From Octopus bimaculoides (Eukaryota), in NCBI RefSeq assembly GCF_001194135.2, contig NC_068984.1, forward strand, positions 140,235,036 to 140,299,035: 64,000 nucleotides of DNA. The letters are read 5' to 3'. The first letter of the stretch is position 1. Each line of letters opens with the position of its first letter. A model generated the notes under the pieces. The model was not told the DNA's origin. It searched no databases and saw only the letters and a program-made list of their open reading frames with translations. This document shows positions 26,516-39,295 of this stretch, piece after piece. The position numbers were made by a program, and so were the translations under genes.

Positions 26516-29200
26516 TATTATAGAAAAGGTTTATTTTTATCCTCATAGCATTTTTTGATAAATAAAGTTATAATCTGTTATATATCTGTTTCTTTATAAA
26601 CATAGCATTTTGACTTCAAACATAACCTCTGGATGAAGTCAGTTTAAATATAATACTTCATATCATCTTTGTTTGTTTTTCTTCTGGTATATCGATATTT
26701 CATTTCATGATATTATATTTATTTTATTTTACATTTTATTTTTTAATTTATTTAATTATTTTCACAGAGAACGGTCACATGTCGAAGAACTCCACTAAGA
26801 TATTTTTTCCACGATTGCATTACGAGGAAAAAAATAGGTTGTGGATTTTTAATTTCTTTTCTTTTTGTTTTATCTTTATTTTGTTTTTCTCTTTATCAAC
26901 AAAGAATTTTCGAAAGCTTGAAATTTTCACCCCACTAACATGGTGTAAAAAAACAAGACTCTTCCTCGAGGGTTTTTGTTTTATATAAATATTTTTGTAA
27001 ACCTCCATCTTGGTTTCATTATTATTCACTTCAATATGACCACGTCTGAGACCTTTGAGGTAGTGGGAGGAGTTGTTAATCGCAAAGGTTGTTATTACAA
27101 ATACGCCGCATTTTTTTCATACATGAAAACAGATTTTAAAAAGATAAACAGAAAATGAAACAAAGTTATAAACACTCGTCAAATTTTAATAAACGAAAAC
27201 TCAAACTTGCACGACATAAACAAAAGCAGAAAAAACACAAACAACAATAACTAATTCTTTCCTTGCGCACTAACCAAAAAGAAATATTGGACATGGGTCA
27301 GCTCTTGACAAAAGTAGAAGCGTGGCAAAGGTGTGTGACAAAAACAAGTACCCCCTTGCTCGGAGACGGTAATCAGGAATGTAACATACTCCTATTTTTC
27401 AAAAATAGACATGGCTTCCATATGCCTTCGGAAGAAGAGTTGGAAGAAGTCCTGGGTTATATGGCAGGATTTGAGCCCCATTGATCCGATCAGGGCTAAT
27501 GAAAGTTCCCGCCCAAATTTTAAGACCGAGTGTGAACGAAGACAGGGAGAGTTGATACGTTGCTAAATACGAGTGTCATGTTCATAGATATTAGTAGTGA
27601 CGTTGGCACAAGACTTGCCACCACCTTTTCAGCATTGTACGGACGAATGGTGCATACAAGTGACCAGTAACGACATGTGGTCGGGTGGAGTCTCTATGGA
27701 CACCCATGTTCCGATGACCTCGAATACCACAGATTATTTCGACTTTATACTTCATTGAGGGCGAGGAGATGTCAATCAGGTTAGTGATGCAGTCGGTTGC
27801 TACACATGTGGTAGTTAAGATCGTTTGCAGGCCTTCTTCCTGGAAGATGAAAGCAAAACAGTAAAGAGGGAAGGAGCAACAATGGTTTCTAATATAGGCA
27901 CAAGATCTGGAATTTGGTGGAGGGAGTTAGTCGATTACATCGTCCCAGATGCTTCACTGATATTTCATTTTATTGACCCCGAAATTATTGGAAGACAAGG
28001 ACGACCTCGGCGGAATTTGAATTTAGAGCGTAATGAGTTGTAAAAAAACGTTGCCAAACAACAATATTCTACAGCTGCATCACTAACAAAACGCACTACC
28101 CGGTCTGGGAATCGAAACCACGATCGTCAGAACGTGAGTGCAACACCCTAACCACTAGACCACGCACCTTCACTAAAAAAAAGAATGATTCCTGATTAAA
28201 AGAAAGCGATTGAAAGTGACTCCCATGCTCTGGGAGTTCCCGGAATTTTCATGTGCTCGATCTACCACCGTTAGCCTGATAGACCTGAAAAAGAAACTGA
28301 AGGAATACTATACAGCTTAAGGAGGAGATCTGGTTTTAGCCTGGTGTTGGACCGATAGTGGAATGCTTGAAATTTCATAGCATTGAACTGCACGTTATTT
28401 TTCTTAGCCTATTTGTGGATTTTGTTCAGGCCTTTCTGCAGTTTTATGATTTCCTCTGGGTTCCTAACTGCCTGTGATACTTTTGTGTCGTCGGCATAAC
28501 TGGTTAGATTGGCTGACTTTATCGCAGAGGGCATCTCTGAGAGGTCCACCACAACAAGGGTCGCCACCACCTCCTGCCGGAGCCTCGTGGAGCTTTAGGT
28601 GTTTTCGCTCAATAAACACACACAACACCCGGTTTGGGAATCGAAACCGCGATCCTCCGACCGCGAGTCCGCTGCCATAACCACTGGGTCATTGCGCCTC
28701 CATAGTGTTAATAACCTAACTGAAAATTCGGTCATATAAAAATAACGATATAGTCTATTTTGATTGTTATTCCACGTGATAGTGGAACAGCTAACTCCCT
28801 CTGAATGATTTCCAGACAACAGAAAAGCATCATTTTTTTACAACAATATTTACCTTCAGCCAACTCAATCTTTACACAAGTCAGTTTAATTTCTAATTTA
28901 ATTTGATTTAAAGTTTTTGTATTTTTGTATTATCGACTCTGATGAAATTGTAGATAAGTTTAATGCTCAAAGTTAAATTACTGCTTTCATACGTAGAGTA
29001 ATCATCAGATTTCAAATGTGTTTAACTGACAGTTGAGTTCTTGACAACTTTAGTACCTGTTTAGTACCATCATCAAAACAAATTTGCCAATCATAAAATG
29101 AAGTGAAAAATTTTAAAACATGCTAACTAATTAAAAACTTATCTTAAGCAAAAGGCAACCACATAACCTAAAGAAACTATTAACAAAGGCAAAAGTCAAC

Positions 29201-29515
29201 ATGAACAAACAGGATAAAACATTCACAGTATTCAAATGTAATGATAACAGATGTGGACAGTGTCAATACATGCATTCTGGTAGATCAATTAGAACGAAAA
29301 TTGGACACATTTTTGCAAATGCAGATATGAATTGCAAAGACAGAAATTTGATCTACTGCATTAAATGCCCGAATTGCGGGAAACTATATATAAGCGAGAC
29401 AGGGAATGCATTATCGGAACGCTATACACATTCACACAAATTCGAAGCAAAAAGCACGCATGTCTGCTCACAGATTGTCACAGTGCTTTCAATTTCTTAT
29501 TATTTGAACGATTAA
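29201..29515 (+). mobile_element. Penelope-like element GIY-YIG endonuclease fragment
   Basis: CNDNRCGQC...CKDRNLIYCIKCPNCGKLYISETGNALSERYTHSH carries the PLE Cys motif and the IY..YIG(E)TG..L..R..H signature. Confidence 0.85.
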
Positions 29516-30796
29516 ATATCTCGCCCATGGATAAGCGGTTGAATTTATCAGGGTATAAAGCAGCAGAAAATAATTATTTAAAATTTTGGCACAAAGCTAG
29601 CAATTTCGGAGGACGAGGCAAGTCGACCTCAGTGTTCAACTGGTGCTTATTTTATCGACCTCAAAGGATATAATAAATAAGCTCCTTTAATTCCGACACA
29701 TGTTTCGAAAATTACATGCACTCTATTTCCAAAGGAATAAAAGATGTTTTATAAATGTAATTTTCTCTTCAGGGAACCATCTTTTAAATGCAAGACCTAA
29801 ACTCAAAATACATCACTTTAACATGGGATTTCAACTCAGAACATAAAGAGCCGTAAGAAATACCACTAAGCATTTTGTTCGGCGTGCTGATGACTCTGTC
29901 ATCTCACCGTCTTAATAATAATAATGGTTTCATATTTTGGCACAAGGCCTGCAATTTCGGGAGAAGGGCTACGTCAATTACACCGACCCCTGTACTCAAC
30001 TGGTATTCATTTTATGGACCCCGAAAAGGTGAAAGATTAAGTCGATCCCGGTGGAATTTGAAATCAGAACGAGAAGGCGAACGAAATGCTTAGCGGCATT
30101 TTGTCCGGCGCGGTAAAGATTCTGCCAGATTTCCACCTTGAATGATATTGGTTTCGAATTTTGGCACGAGGCCTGCAATTTCGGAAATGGTTAAGTTGAT
30201 TACAACGATCTCAGTGCTCAACTGGTACTCATTTTATCGTACACGAAAGAATAAAAAGTAAAGTCGACCACGGCAAAATTTGAACTCAGAACGTAAAGAC
30301 GGAAAGAAATGCTGCTAAGTATTTTTCCCGGCGTGCTAATGATTCTGCCGGCTCACCACCCACCATTGATGAAATAATGAAACGCAGCATTTGAATATTT
30401 AATTTGTAGCTGCTTCATTTGTAATAAATATATATTGCCCAGAATATAACAATAGATATTGCCTGTGTAACTCGTATAATTTAACTGCCATAAATTATCC
30501 CAAACATCACTTCATGAATATGCATTATAATTATCTCCTGTCGTTATCGCTTATGATGCTATTATGTCGCGAGCACAAGTATAAAGATTACGCTAAATTA
30601 TGATCGTATCCATCAACATTAACTGCCTGTAGAAAATTATGATATCATTTATAGAGCCAAGAGTATTATAAACCTGTTCGCATTATACATATATCATTTT
30701 TGGTTGGTTTTATAAGTGCAGGAGACAGTCGTAAACAAACACCAGTTCCGTCGTCTTTAGTTCCACTCACCAAAACATACACACACACATATGTGC

Positions 30797-30854
<58 letters not shown>

Positions 30855-31659
30855 GCATACACACACACATTATAACTGCCTTCACATTTTGAAATTATTT
30901 CAATCAATTCCTCCAGAGATCTGCTCTCACATAACACTGATCTTCTATCATTGAGGACTACAGTGAACATGATACGTGGAAGGATGACCATTTAGTCAAA
31001 TGCGTTTAAAATATACTAAGCGGCATTTCGTCTGTCTTTACGTTCTGAGTTCAAATTCCGCTGTGATCGATTTTGCCTTTCATTCTTCCGGAGTCGATAA
31101 AATAAATACCAACTGAACACTGAGATCGATGTAATTGACTTTCCCCCTCTCCAAACACGCTGGTCTTGTCCCAAAGTTTGAAACCAATATTGCCATAATT
31201 AAAGACAAAAAAAAAATGGGCTCAGAAAAATTCGCCCAGGTACTATATGCAAAATTGAACCGATATTAGATGTTTTAATCCACTACAAACTTTTCCTGAA
31301 TATGCACTGCTGAAATGGGGATGCGTCTAATACGTACGTGTGTTTTTTGTTTTTTTTAATGCAGTAATTAAATACCATAATTGTTGTCAGTAGCCGTGTG
31401 TTTAATAAACCGTGGAACCCTTAATGTAATATTAGAGCAGACTCCGACTTACACTAAGTGTTACATCACAACTCTAGCAAAGTCACGTGGCCTAATAGTT
31501 CATTTGTGCAACTCATCATCATAAGAGAGTTGGATCAATTCTTGGACGGGGCAACGCGCTGAGTTCTTGAGCAAGGCGATTCATTTCACATTACTCCTGT
31601 CTACTTGATTATTATCAACCATGTATTGGCTCATCTCTCTTTCTCTTTCTCTCTCTATG

Positions 31660-31691
31660 ATTATCATCATCATCATCATCATCATCATCAG

Positions 31692-31726
<35 letters not shown>

Positions 31727-31757
31727 ACATCATCATCAACATCATCATCAGCAGCAG

Positions 31758-31794
<37 letters not shown>

Positions 31795-31800
31795 TGCATC
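31660..31800. repeat. (CAT)n/(CAG)n microsatellite
   Basis: Direct inspection; representative of dozens of (TA)n, (CA)n, (GA)n, (GATA)n, (GACA)n, (CATA)n, (TAG)n and (TAA)n tracts across the window. Confidence 0.95.
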
Positions 31801-32160
31801 TGCATGACATGGTGATTCATATCAAGATGCATGACCTTGCAGGTGGGGCACAGTTAGAATTTTCTTCACGTCGAGTAGCCCATCCCGCTCAAAAGGTCCT
31901 TGAATAAGGGTCGTTTAAGGATGTTGAACGAAACACCCATGTTTCCAAAGATGAAACCTCGTATATTCTGGTCAACAATCTCCAAATTAAGCAAATATTC
32001 AATTTGCTCAAATAATTAAATGAAATACAGGCTCTTGTACATTAGTAAATCAGTGCAGATTATAAGGGGATTGTTGGAGTTCCTGAATAACAAGACACTT
32101 AGAAGAAACGAGATACGAAGCATTTGGTATGTATTCTGGATTTTATAAAAAAACTGCAGC

Positions 32161-32480
32161 AGCTTGTTTCAGTCATTTAACTGCGGTCATACTGGGGCAC
32201 CGCATTGAAAAATATTTAGTGGAATGTATCGACCCAATACTTATTTTTCTTTAAAACTGGTTCTTATTCTAGCAGCGTCTTTTACCGCTCCGCTAGGTTA
32301 CGAACATGTAAACACTCCAACACCGGTTGTCAAGCCGTGGGGTCGGGGACAACCATAGTTACATACATACATACATACATATCTACCCTCAAGGCTTTGG
32401 TCAGCCTGAGGCTCCAGTAGAAGAAACTCGCCCAAGGTGGGACTGAACCCGGAGCCATGTAGTTGAGAGGCCACTTCTTA
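32161..32480 (-). mobile_element. SINE family B copy, diverged
   Basis: Reverse-complement homology to 5337-5842. Confidence 0.7.
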
Positions 32481-33799
32481 CCATACAGCCATGCCTACGC
32501 TCTGTTCAAGAAAACTTTTAAGGATTATTATTTCTTCCTTTGCAGATTACCTTTGTCACATGCGTTGCTAATTCTTTTATAAACGGCAATAATTCTCAAC
32601 CTCCCATTAGGATAACATTAAAATATGAAGCTGTTGGTTAATGAAATGTAAAAAGTAAAAAAAAAGAGAAAAAATTAAAAGCAATAAAATAATAATTATT
32701 ATAAATGATTGATTAATTTTCCTCGGTTTATTATTTGGCACGTTTCTTTTATATTTATCTTTAACTCATTTTCCGTACGAAGCTGGTTGTGTTTACTTTA
32801 TACGGTGTTTGAATAGCTCTGGAATAATCGATAAGAGATTTGTTTAAACTTTAGGCTTCGGTTCATATTATCAATTAATGCTTGATAGGGATGGAGATTA
32901 TTAAGTAAAAGGTAAACTCCTAGTGAGTCAAGTCAATGAAATAGTTTCAAATTGACTGCGCCGCCACCAAACCGACGATAATTCATTTTGGATAATAATT
33001 AAAACAAAATCATTTATAATTGCAAGGCCCTCCATACCTGTAATACTAAATCGCCGTACAGACTTCTCCGAAAGAGCATACACACCGGTTTCAATTCCAA
33101 CTTGAAGACAGACATTATTTTTCATTTATGCTGTTAATACGTTGATAAAAGCATAAAGCTTATAATATAAAATCTTATATATGTATTGAGTGTATAAGTA
33201 CGTAAGCATGTAAGTATATATACANNNNNNNNNNNNNNNNNNNNNNNNNNNNNNNNNNNNNNNNNNNNNNNNNNNNNNNNNNNNNNNNNNNNNNNNNNNN
33301 NNNNNNNNNNNNNNNNNNNNNNNNNNNNNNNNNNNNNNNNNNNNNNNNNNNNNNNNNNNNNNNNNNTATATACATATATATATATATATATAATTCATTT
33401 TAGAAAAGTAATTTAATCTTGCGCATGGATTCCCTAGTAGTCGCAGATATTGAAAGGGAGATAATCATTTCTTCAGAATATTTGGTAGGATTGGATATTT
33501 GAAATTGAAATTCAGAAATTATAAGGAAAAATATATACATAGAATTCACATTCTCTTTTTTGTATACTTATTACGAAGTTCTTCACATTTCAAGACGGTG
33601 GCAATCATATACAGTACTATTTCATTCCTTTTTGAAATCATCAGCATGATAGAACTTGTGACTTATTGTACTGAATCAAAAGTTTTGCAATATTTTGGTA
33701 ACTAATTTGCAAGCAATAATCCAAGGGAGCTAGGTTCGGGCTCTATGCTGGTGTAGCATCAATTCGATTCCCTCAAGATCTTGAAGTTTATTCCGCGTC

Positions 33800-34227
33800 A
33801 TTCGAGCGGTACGAAGTCATGCGCTGTCTTGCTGAAAAAGAGTTCGCTTTCTGTTTACCAATGCCGGGTATTTTTGCCGCACAATGGCATACAATAGCTG
33901 CAGCTGTTGGAAACGATGGTTCGAACGTCCGGAACGAACTCGTGAATTATCCCCTCATAATTCCACCAGACGCAGAGCATCAGTTTCCGGGAGCTGGCCC
34001 CTGCTTAACCACTGTTTATATACTTTGGGATTGCGAGAAAATATCTCCATCAGATTATTACTGGTTCCGATCCATGGCTCACTTCCTGGACTCGCGACAC
34101 TTCATCTACCAAGAGGAGGTGGAAGCTTCAATGAAGGACAAGAACTGATATCAACGTGAGATCAAAGAACTGACAGAAAGGTGTCTTCAGACGCTGCAAC
34201 ATGATGGCCTCTACTTTGAATTCTAAG
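33800..34227 (+). mobile_element. Internally deleted mariner relic
   Basis: KRWFER; SPSDYYWFRSMAHFL; YQREIKELTERCLQTLQHDGLYFE (mariner C-terminus). Confidence 0.7.
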
Positions 34228-34940
34228 CTGTTATTGTTGTGACTTGATGGTTAAAGCAAATAAGTAACCAAAATATTTTGACTCAGCACAATATTAATTA
34301 TGCTTTTTATTAAGTGAGACATTTCATTACAAGCGAAAATAACTACAATAAGAAGGAATTTAAGGAATGTTTTTTCCTTTCTTTTCTTCTTTAAAACGAG
34401 AGGGAGAGAGAGAGAGAGTTCCTCGTCTTTACATAACTGTTTCCCGGGGAATCGTACCGTGTGAAAATCACGATTACCTGAAATCTCAGAAGAGTCTAAA
34501 AGCCGGTTTCAATTAAAGCTGAAGACATTGTAATCTATTTATTTGGCTAATGATTTGGGAAACGTAGGATACACACGAGTATCCGTGACAGCTGTTTTGA
34601 TTGTTGGTATAAGGGACCGGCCATGCTATTTCGTGATAATTTAGGTCTTTTGGCTTAGATTTGTAACAAATAGTTATCCTTCTTCTGCCTAGAACTTTGT
34701 TATATCTATATATAAAAGTTGTATACATTTTTATACAATAAATTCGCTTCTTGAGGTCGACTTTGCCTTTCATCCTTCGAGGTCGATCAATCAAGTACCA
34801 GTTGCATACCGGGCTCAATCTAATCGACTAGCCCCCTCGCCCAAATATTTCGGACCTTGTGCCTAGAATAGAAAAGAATTATTCGCTTCTTAGTTCTCAA
34901 TATGACCGCTTTTTTATTTGGACTCACCAATCCAGCATCA

Positions 34941-35003
<63 letters not shown>

Positions 35004-35198
35004 NNNNNNNNNNNNNNNNNNNNNNNNNNNNNNNNNNNNNNNNNNNNNNNNNGCGTGTGTGTGTGTGGGTCTGTGTCTGTGTCTGTGTGTGTCTGTGTGT
35101 GTCTGTGTGTGTCTGTGTCTGTGTCTGTGTGTGTCTGTGTGTGTCTGTGTGTGTCTGTGTGTGTGAGTGTGTGTATAGCCACCACTTCCAACCACATC

Positions 35199-35235
<37 letters not shown>

Positions 35236-35383
35236 CATACATTCAATTAGAGGATGTGTAAACTTCATGAAGAAATGGTTCCTTCGAAAGAAATACTTGT
35301 TCAATACCTGGCATTTTGGGGGAATGAATTTCCCTAAAATAATTGGTATATATAAAAACATAGTTTATATTCATTTAACAGAA

Positions 35384-35490
35384 GAAAAGAAAATGGAGAT
35401 TAGGAACTTAATAATTGTTTGTTATTGAAGATGACCAATTTGCTGTTAATAATAAACAATTATTAACTTCTTAATCTCCATTTTCTTTTC
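35384..35490 (+). repeat. 43-bp-arm inverted repeat (hairpin) with 21-nt loop
   Basis: 35384-35426 pairs with 35448-35490 with 2 G:U pairs and 1 mismatch on the + strand. Confidence 0.85.
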
Positions 35491-35498
35491 TTTTCTTT

Positions 35499-35564
<66 letters not shown>

Positions 35565-35731
35565 TTGGATGTGGTGGTAATGGCGTTCGTGTGGTACTGG
35601 TGAAAGACTAATAACTCTTGAAATGTGTGTATACACCGATTGCCCGTTTTAACTATACGTTTACGAAATGTCGTAAATTACAGTGCCGTTACTGAATTCT
35701 CTAGGAAATCTATGGAAATAAACTTAAAAGT

Positions 35732-35772
<41 letters not shown>

Positions 35773-35775
35773 ATA

Positions 35776-36190
35776 GGCGCGAGAATACCAATGTGGTTAA
35801 AGAGCTGCTTTCCAACAACGTTGTTTCAGTTTCAATTTCAATGCGCGACCTTAGCCGATCGAGTTTAGCCCCGGACGGACCAATGCCTTGAGAGTGAATT
35901 TAATAGACAAACTGTAAGCAAGGGGGTCGTATATCTGTGTGTGTGTGTGTGTGTGTGTGTCCACTTTTAAGTTTATTTCCATAGATTTCCTATGTAATTC
36001 TCTGTGCACCCAACAGCGCTTGGCCACCAGTGCTGGTTTGTTTACGTTCTCATAACTTAACGGTTCGGCAAAAGAGACTAAAGAATAAGTACCAGACTTA
36101 ATAAACACAGGTGTCGATTTGTTCAATATCTAACTCTTCAAGGTGGTGCCCCAGCTTGGCCGCAGTCAAATGACTGAAACAAGTAAATAA
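35776..36190 (+). mobile_element. SINE family B copy, diverged, with an internal inverted flank capture
   Basis: Homology to 5337-5842. Confidence 0.65.
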
Positions 36191-36596
36191 TAAAANNNNN
36201 NNNNNNNNNNNNNNNNNNNNNNNNNNNNNNNNNNNNNNNNNNNNNNNNTATATATATATATATATATATATGTATACAGCCATAACTATACATATGCTCA
36301 TATGAATACGTTAATGTATATGTGCGTGCCTGTATGTGTGGGTGTACATTTTTGTCACCAATCAGATGCATTCATTAAAATATGTGTGAATAGCGGAAGA
36401 AAGTACAGCATTACAAATAAAACGTTGACTTTTCGTTTCAGGAAAAGTCATTCCCCTGTCACTCTAACAATTTGACAATGAAGCACATTTATAAATGAGA
36501 ACAATAGAAAGAAGAGAAAAAGTCACGTATTTCCGCTTTGGTGTTAGACAAGTTTTCAAAATTTGAAACACGGGTTTTAAAAAACTAATACGTAAT

Positions 36597-36901
36597 TGGC
36601 TGTGTGGTTAAAGAGCTCAGCTTTGTGCCAGTATGCGGCACCATGGACAAGAGTGTATTACTACAGCCTCGGGTAGGTGGAAACTGTTAGGGGGACCGTT
36701 GTATATAACTGGGGTTCTTTTTTTAACCAACACCGCTTTAGTATTGGCTTTTTGACATGTTGTACATGCGCTTCCCAAACCACATGGTTCCAGGTTCAAT
36801 CGCACAGCGTGGCACTAGGGTCAAGTGTCTTCTACTATACCCTCGGGCCGACCAAAGTCTTGGGAGTAGATTTGGTCGACGGAAACTGAAAGAAGCCCGT
36901 C

Positions 36902-36942
<41 letters not shown>

Positions 36943-37140
36943 TTCGACCCACCACCACTACTGGACAAACGGTGTTGCCGTGCTTACGTCCCTGTAACCT
37001 AGCGGTTCGACAAAAGATACTGAAAGAACGGGTACCATGCTTTAAAAAAAAGAGTAACGAGGTCGATTAATTCGACTAAAAATTCTTCAAGGCAGTACCC
37101 CAGTATGGCCGCAGTTAGAATGACTGAAACAAGTAAAAAA
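36597..37140 (+). mobile_element. SINE family B copy (duplicated head)
   Basis: Homology to 5337-5842. Confidence 0.75.
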
Positions 37141-37149
37141 TAACGATGC

Positions 37150-37762
37150 AGGTTTCAAATTTCAGCACAAGGCCAGCAATTCCGGAAAGCGGGTGAGTTT
37201 ATTACATCGACCCCCAGTGCTCAACTGTTACTTATTTTATCGATCTCGAAAGGATGAAAGGCAACGTCGACCCCGATGATATTTGACGAAATGCCGCTAA
37301 ACATTTTGCCCAACGATTTTGTCAGCTCGCTGCCTGAATCTTCTCTGCTCTAGGCACAAGGCCCGAAATTTTTTGGGAGGGGACCAGTCGATTAGATCGA
37401 CCCCAGTACACAACTGGTACTTAACGTATCGATCCCGAAAGGATGAAAGGCAATTTCGACCTCGGCGGAATTTGAACTTAGGACATAAAGGCAGACGAAA
37501 TACCGCTAAGCATTTCGCCCGGCGTGCTAACGATTCTTATTTCTTTACTGCCCACAAGGGGCTACACACAGAGGGGACAAACAAGGACAGACAAAGGGAT
37601 TATGTCGATTATATCGGCCCCAGTGCATAACAGGTACTTATTTAATCGACCCCGAAAGGATGAAAGGCAAAGTCGGCCTCGGCGGAATTTGAACTCAGGA
37701 CATAAAGGCAAACGAAATACCGCTAAGCATTTCGCCCGGTGTGCTAACGTTTCTGCCAGCTC
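37150..37762 (-). mobile_element. Three stacked SINE-A copies
   Basis: Repeated body ATCGACCCCAGTG..TGGTACTT..GAAAGGATGAAAGGCAA; both tail types present. Confidence 0.8.
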
Positions 37763-38559
37763 AACACCTCAATGGCAAGCTGTTAATAACATTAACTAAA
37801 AACGCAGCTGGTGAGAGTTCACTAATGAAGTGTATTCATTAAAATGTGTGTCTCTGGCGGTGTAAAGTACGACATACAAATGAAACGTTGATTTTTCAGA
37901 TTTTTAGAAAGTCGTTCACCCANNNNNNNNNNNNNNNNNNNNNNNNNNNNNNNNNNNNNNNNNNNNNNNNNNNNNNNNNNNNNNNNNNNNNNNNNNNNNN
38001 NNNNNNNNNNNNNNNNNNNNNNNNNNNNNNNNNNNNNNNNNNNNNNNNNNNNNNNNNNNNNNNNNNNNNNNNNNNNNNNNNNNNNNNNNNNNNNNNNNNN
38101 NNNNNNNNNNNNNNNNNNNNNNNNNNNNNNNNNNNNNNNNNNNNNNNNNNNNNNNNNNNNNNNNNNNNNNNNNNNNNNNNNNNNNNNNNNNNNNNNNNNN
38201 NNNNNNNNNNNNNNNNNNNNNNNNNNNNNNNNNNNNNNNNNNNNNNNNNNNNNNNNNNNNNNNNNNNNNNNNNNNNNNNNNNNNNNNNNNNNNNNNNNNN
38301 NNNNNNNNNNNNNNNNNNNNNNNNNNNNNNNNNNNNNNNNNNNNNNNNNNNNNNNNNNNNNNNNNNNNNNNNNNNNNNNNNNNNNNNNNNNNNNNNNNNN
38401 NNNNNNNNNNNNNNNNNNNNNNNNNNNNNNNNNNNNNNNNNNNNNNNNNNNNNNNNNNNNNNNNNNNNNNNNNNNNNNNNNNNNNNNNNNNNNNNNNNNN
38501 NNNNNNNNNNNNNNNNNNNNNNNNNNNNNNNNCGTGTATATATGTGTGTGTGTGTGTGC

Positions 38560-38616
<57 letters not shown>

Positions 38617-38831
38617 AACATTTCATGTATATACATAGAAGATGGGATGTGTAATAAGATATTTTCTTCCGAACCACATGGATCCAGGTTCAGTCCCACT
38701 TTATGACATCTTGGATAAATGTCTGAGCCGAGCAATGCCTTGTAAGTGAATTTGGTAGACGGTGTAGTGGTTAAATGTGTGCATCAGGTGAACAGATGCA
38801 AAAGGTATGTGCATGCCTTTGAAGTAAACAA

Positions 38832-38906
<75 letters not shown>

Positions 38907-39202
38907 GGTAGATTACATAAGCGAAACATAAGCATTAGCTTGAGCATGCGCGTGTATCTATGTACGTAGTTGTGTTTATGTATGTACGTCTTCGACTTTC
39001 ACACACACACATACACGGTAGTCAATATATATATATATATACACATACGAAGTTGCTGCCGAAAGCAAGTAACCTGTTGTGTTAACTATGTCACGCGACA
39101 GACAATAATATAACAATACATATAAACAAAAATAGAACTACACGTCTGTCATTCAATCGCTTATTAGCTATTATCATTTATTTTGTTACAAACTTACCGG
39201 TT

Positions 39203-39295
39203 CTCGCGATAGCTCAGTTGGTAGAGCGGAGGACTGTAGAGGTATAATGTACAACTGTCATCCTTAGGTCGATGGTTCGAATCCGTCTCGCGAGA
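39203..39295 (+). tRNA. tRNA-Tyr: tRNA-Tyr(GTA) copy 1; 20-nt intron 39240-39259 (AGGTATAATGTACAACTGTC)
   Basis: Cloverleaf: acceptor CTCGCGA/TCGCGAG+A73, D arm GCTC-AGTTGGTA-GAGC, anticodon arm GAGGA-CT-GTA-G[intron]A-TCCTT, T arm GATGG-TTCGAAT-CCGTC. Exons 37+36 nt; oligo-T terminator at ~39303. Confidence 0.95.

Noticed and set aside
31581-31907. Poly-His / poly-Met ORFs
   Set aside because: They come from a (CAT)n microsatellite; no splice or codon evidence.
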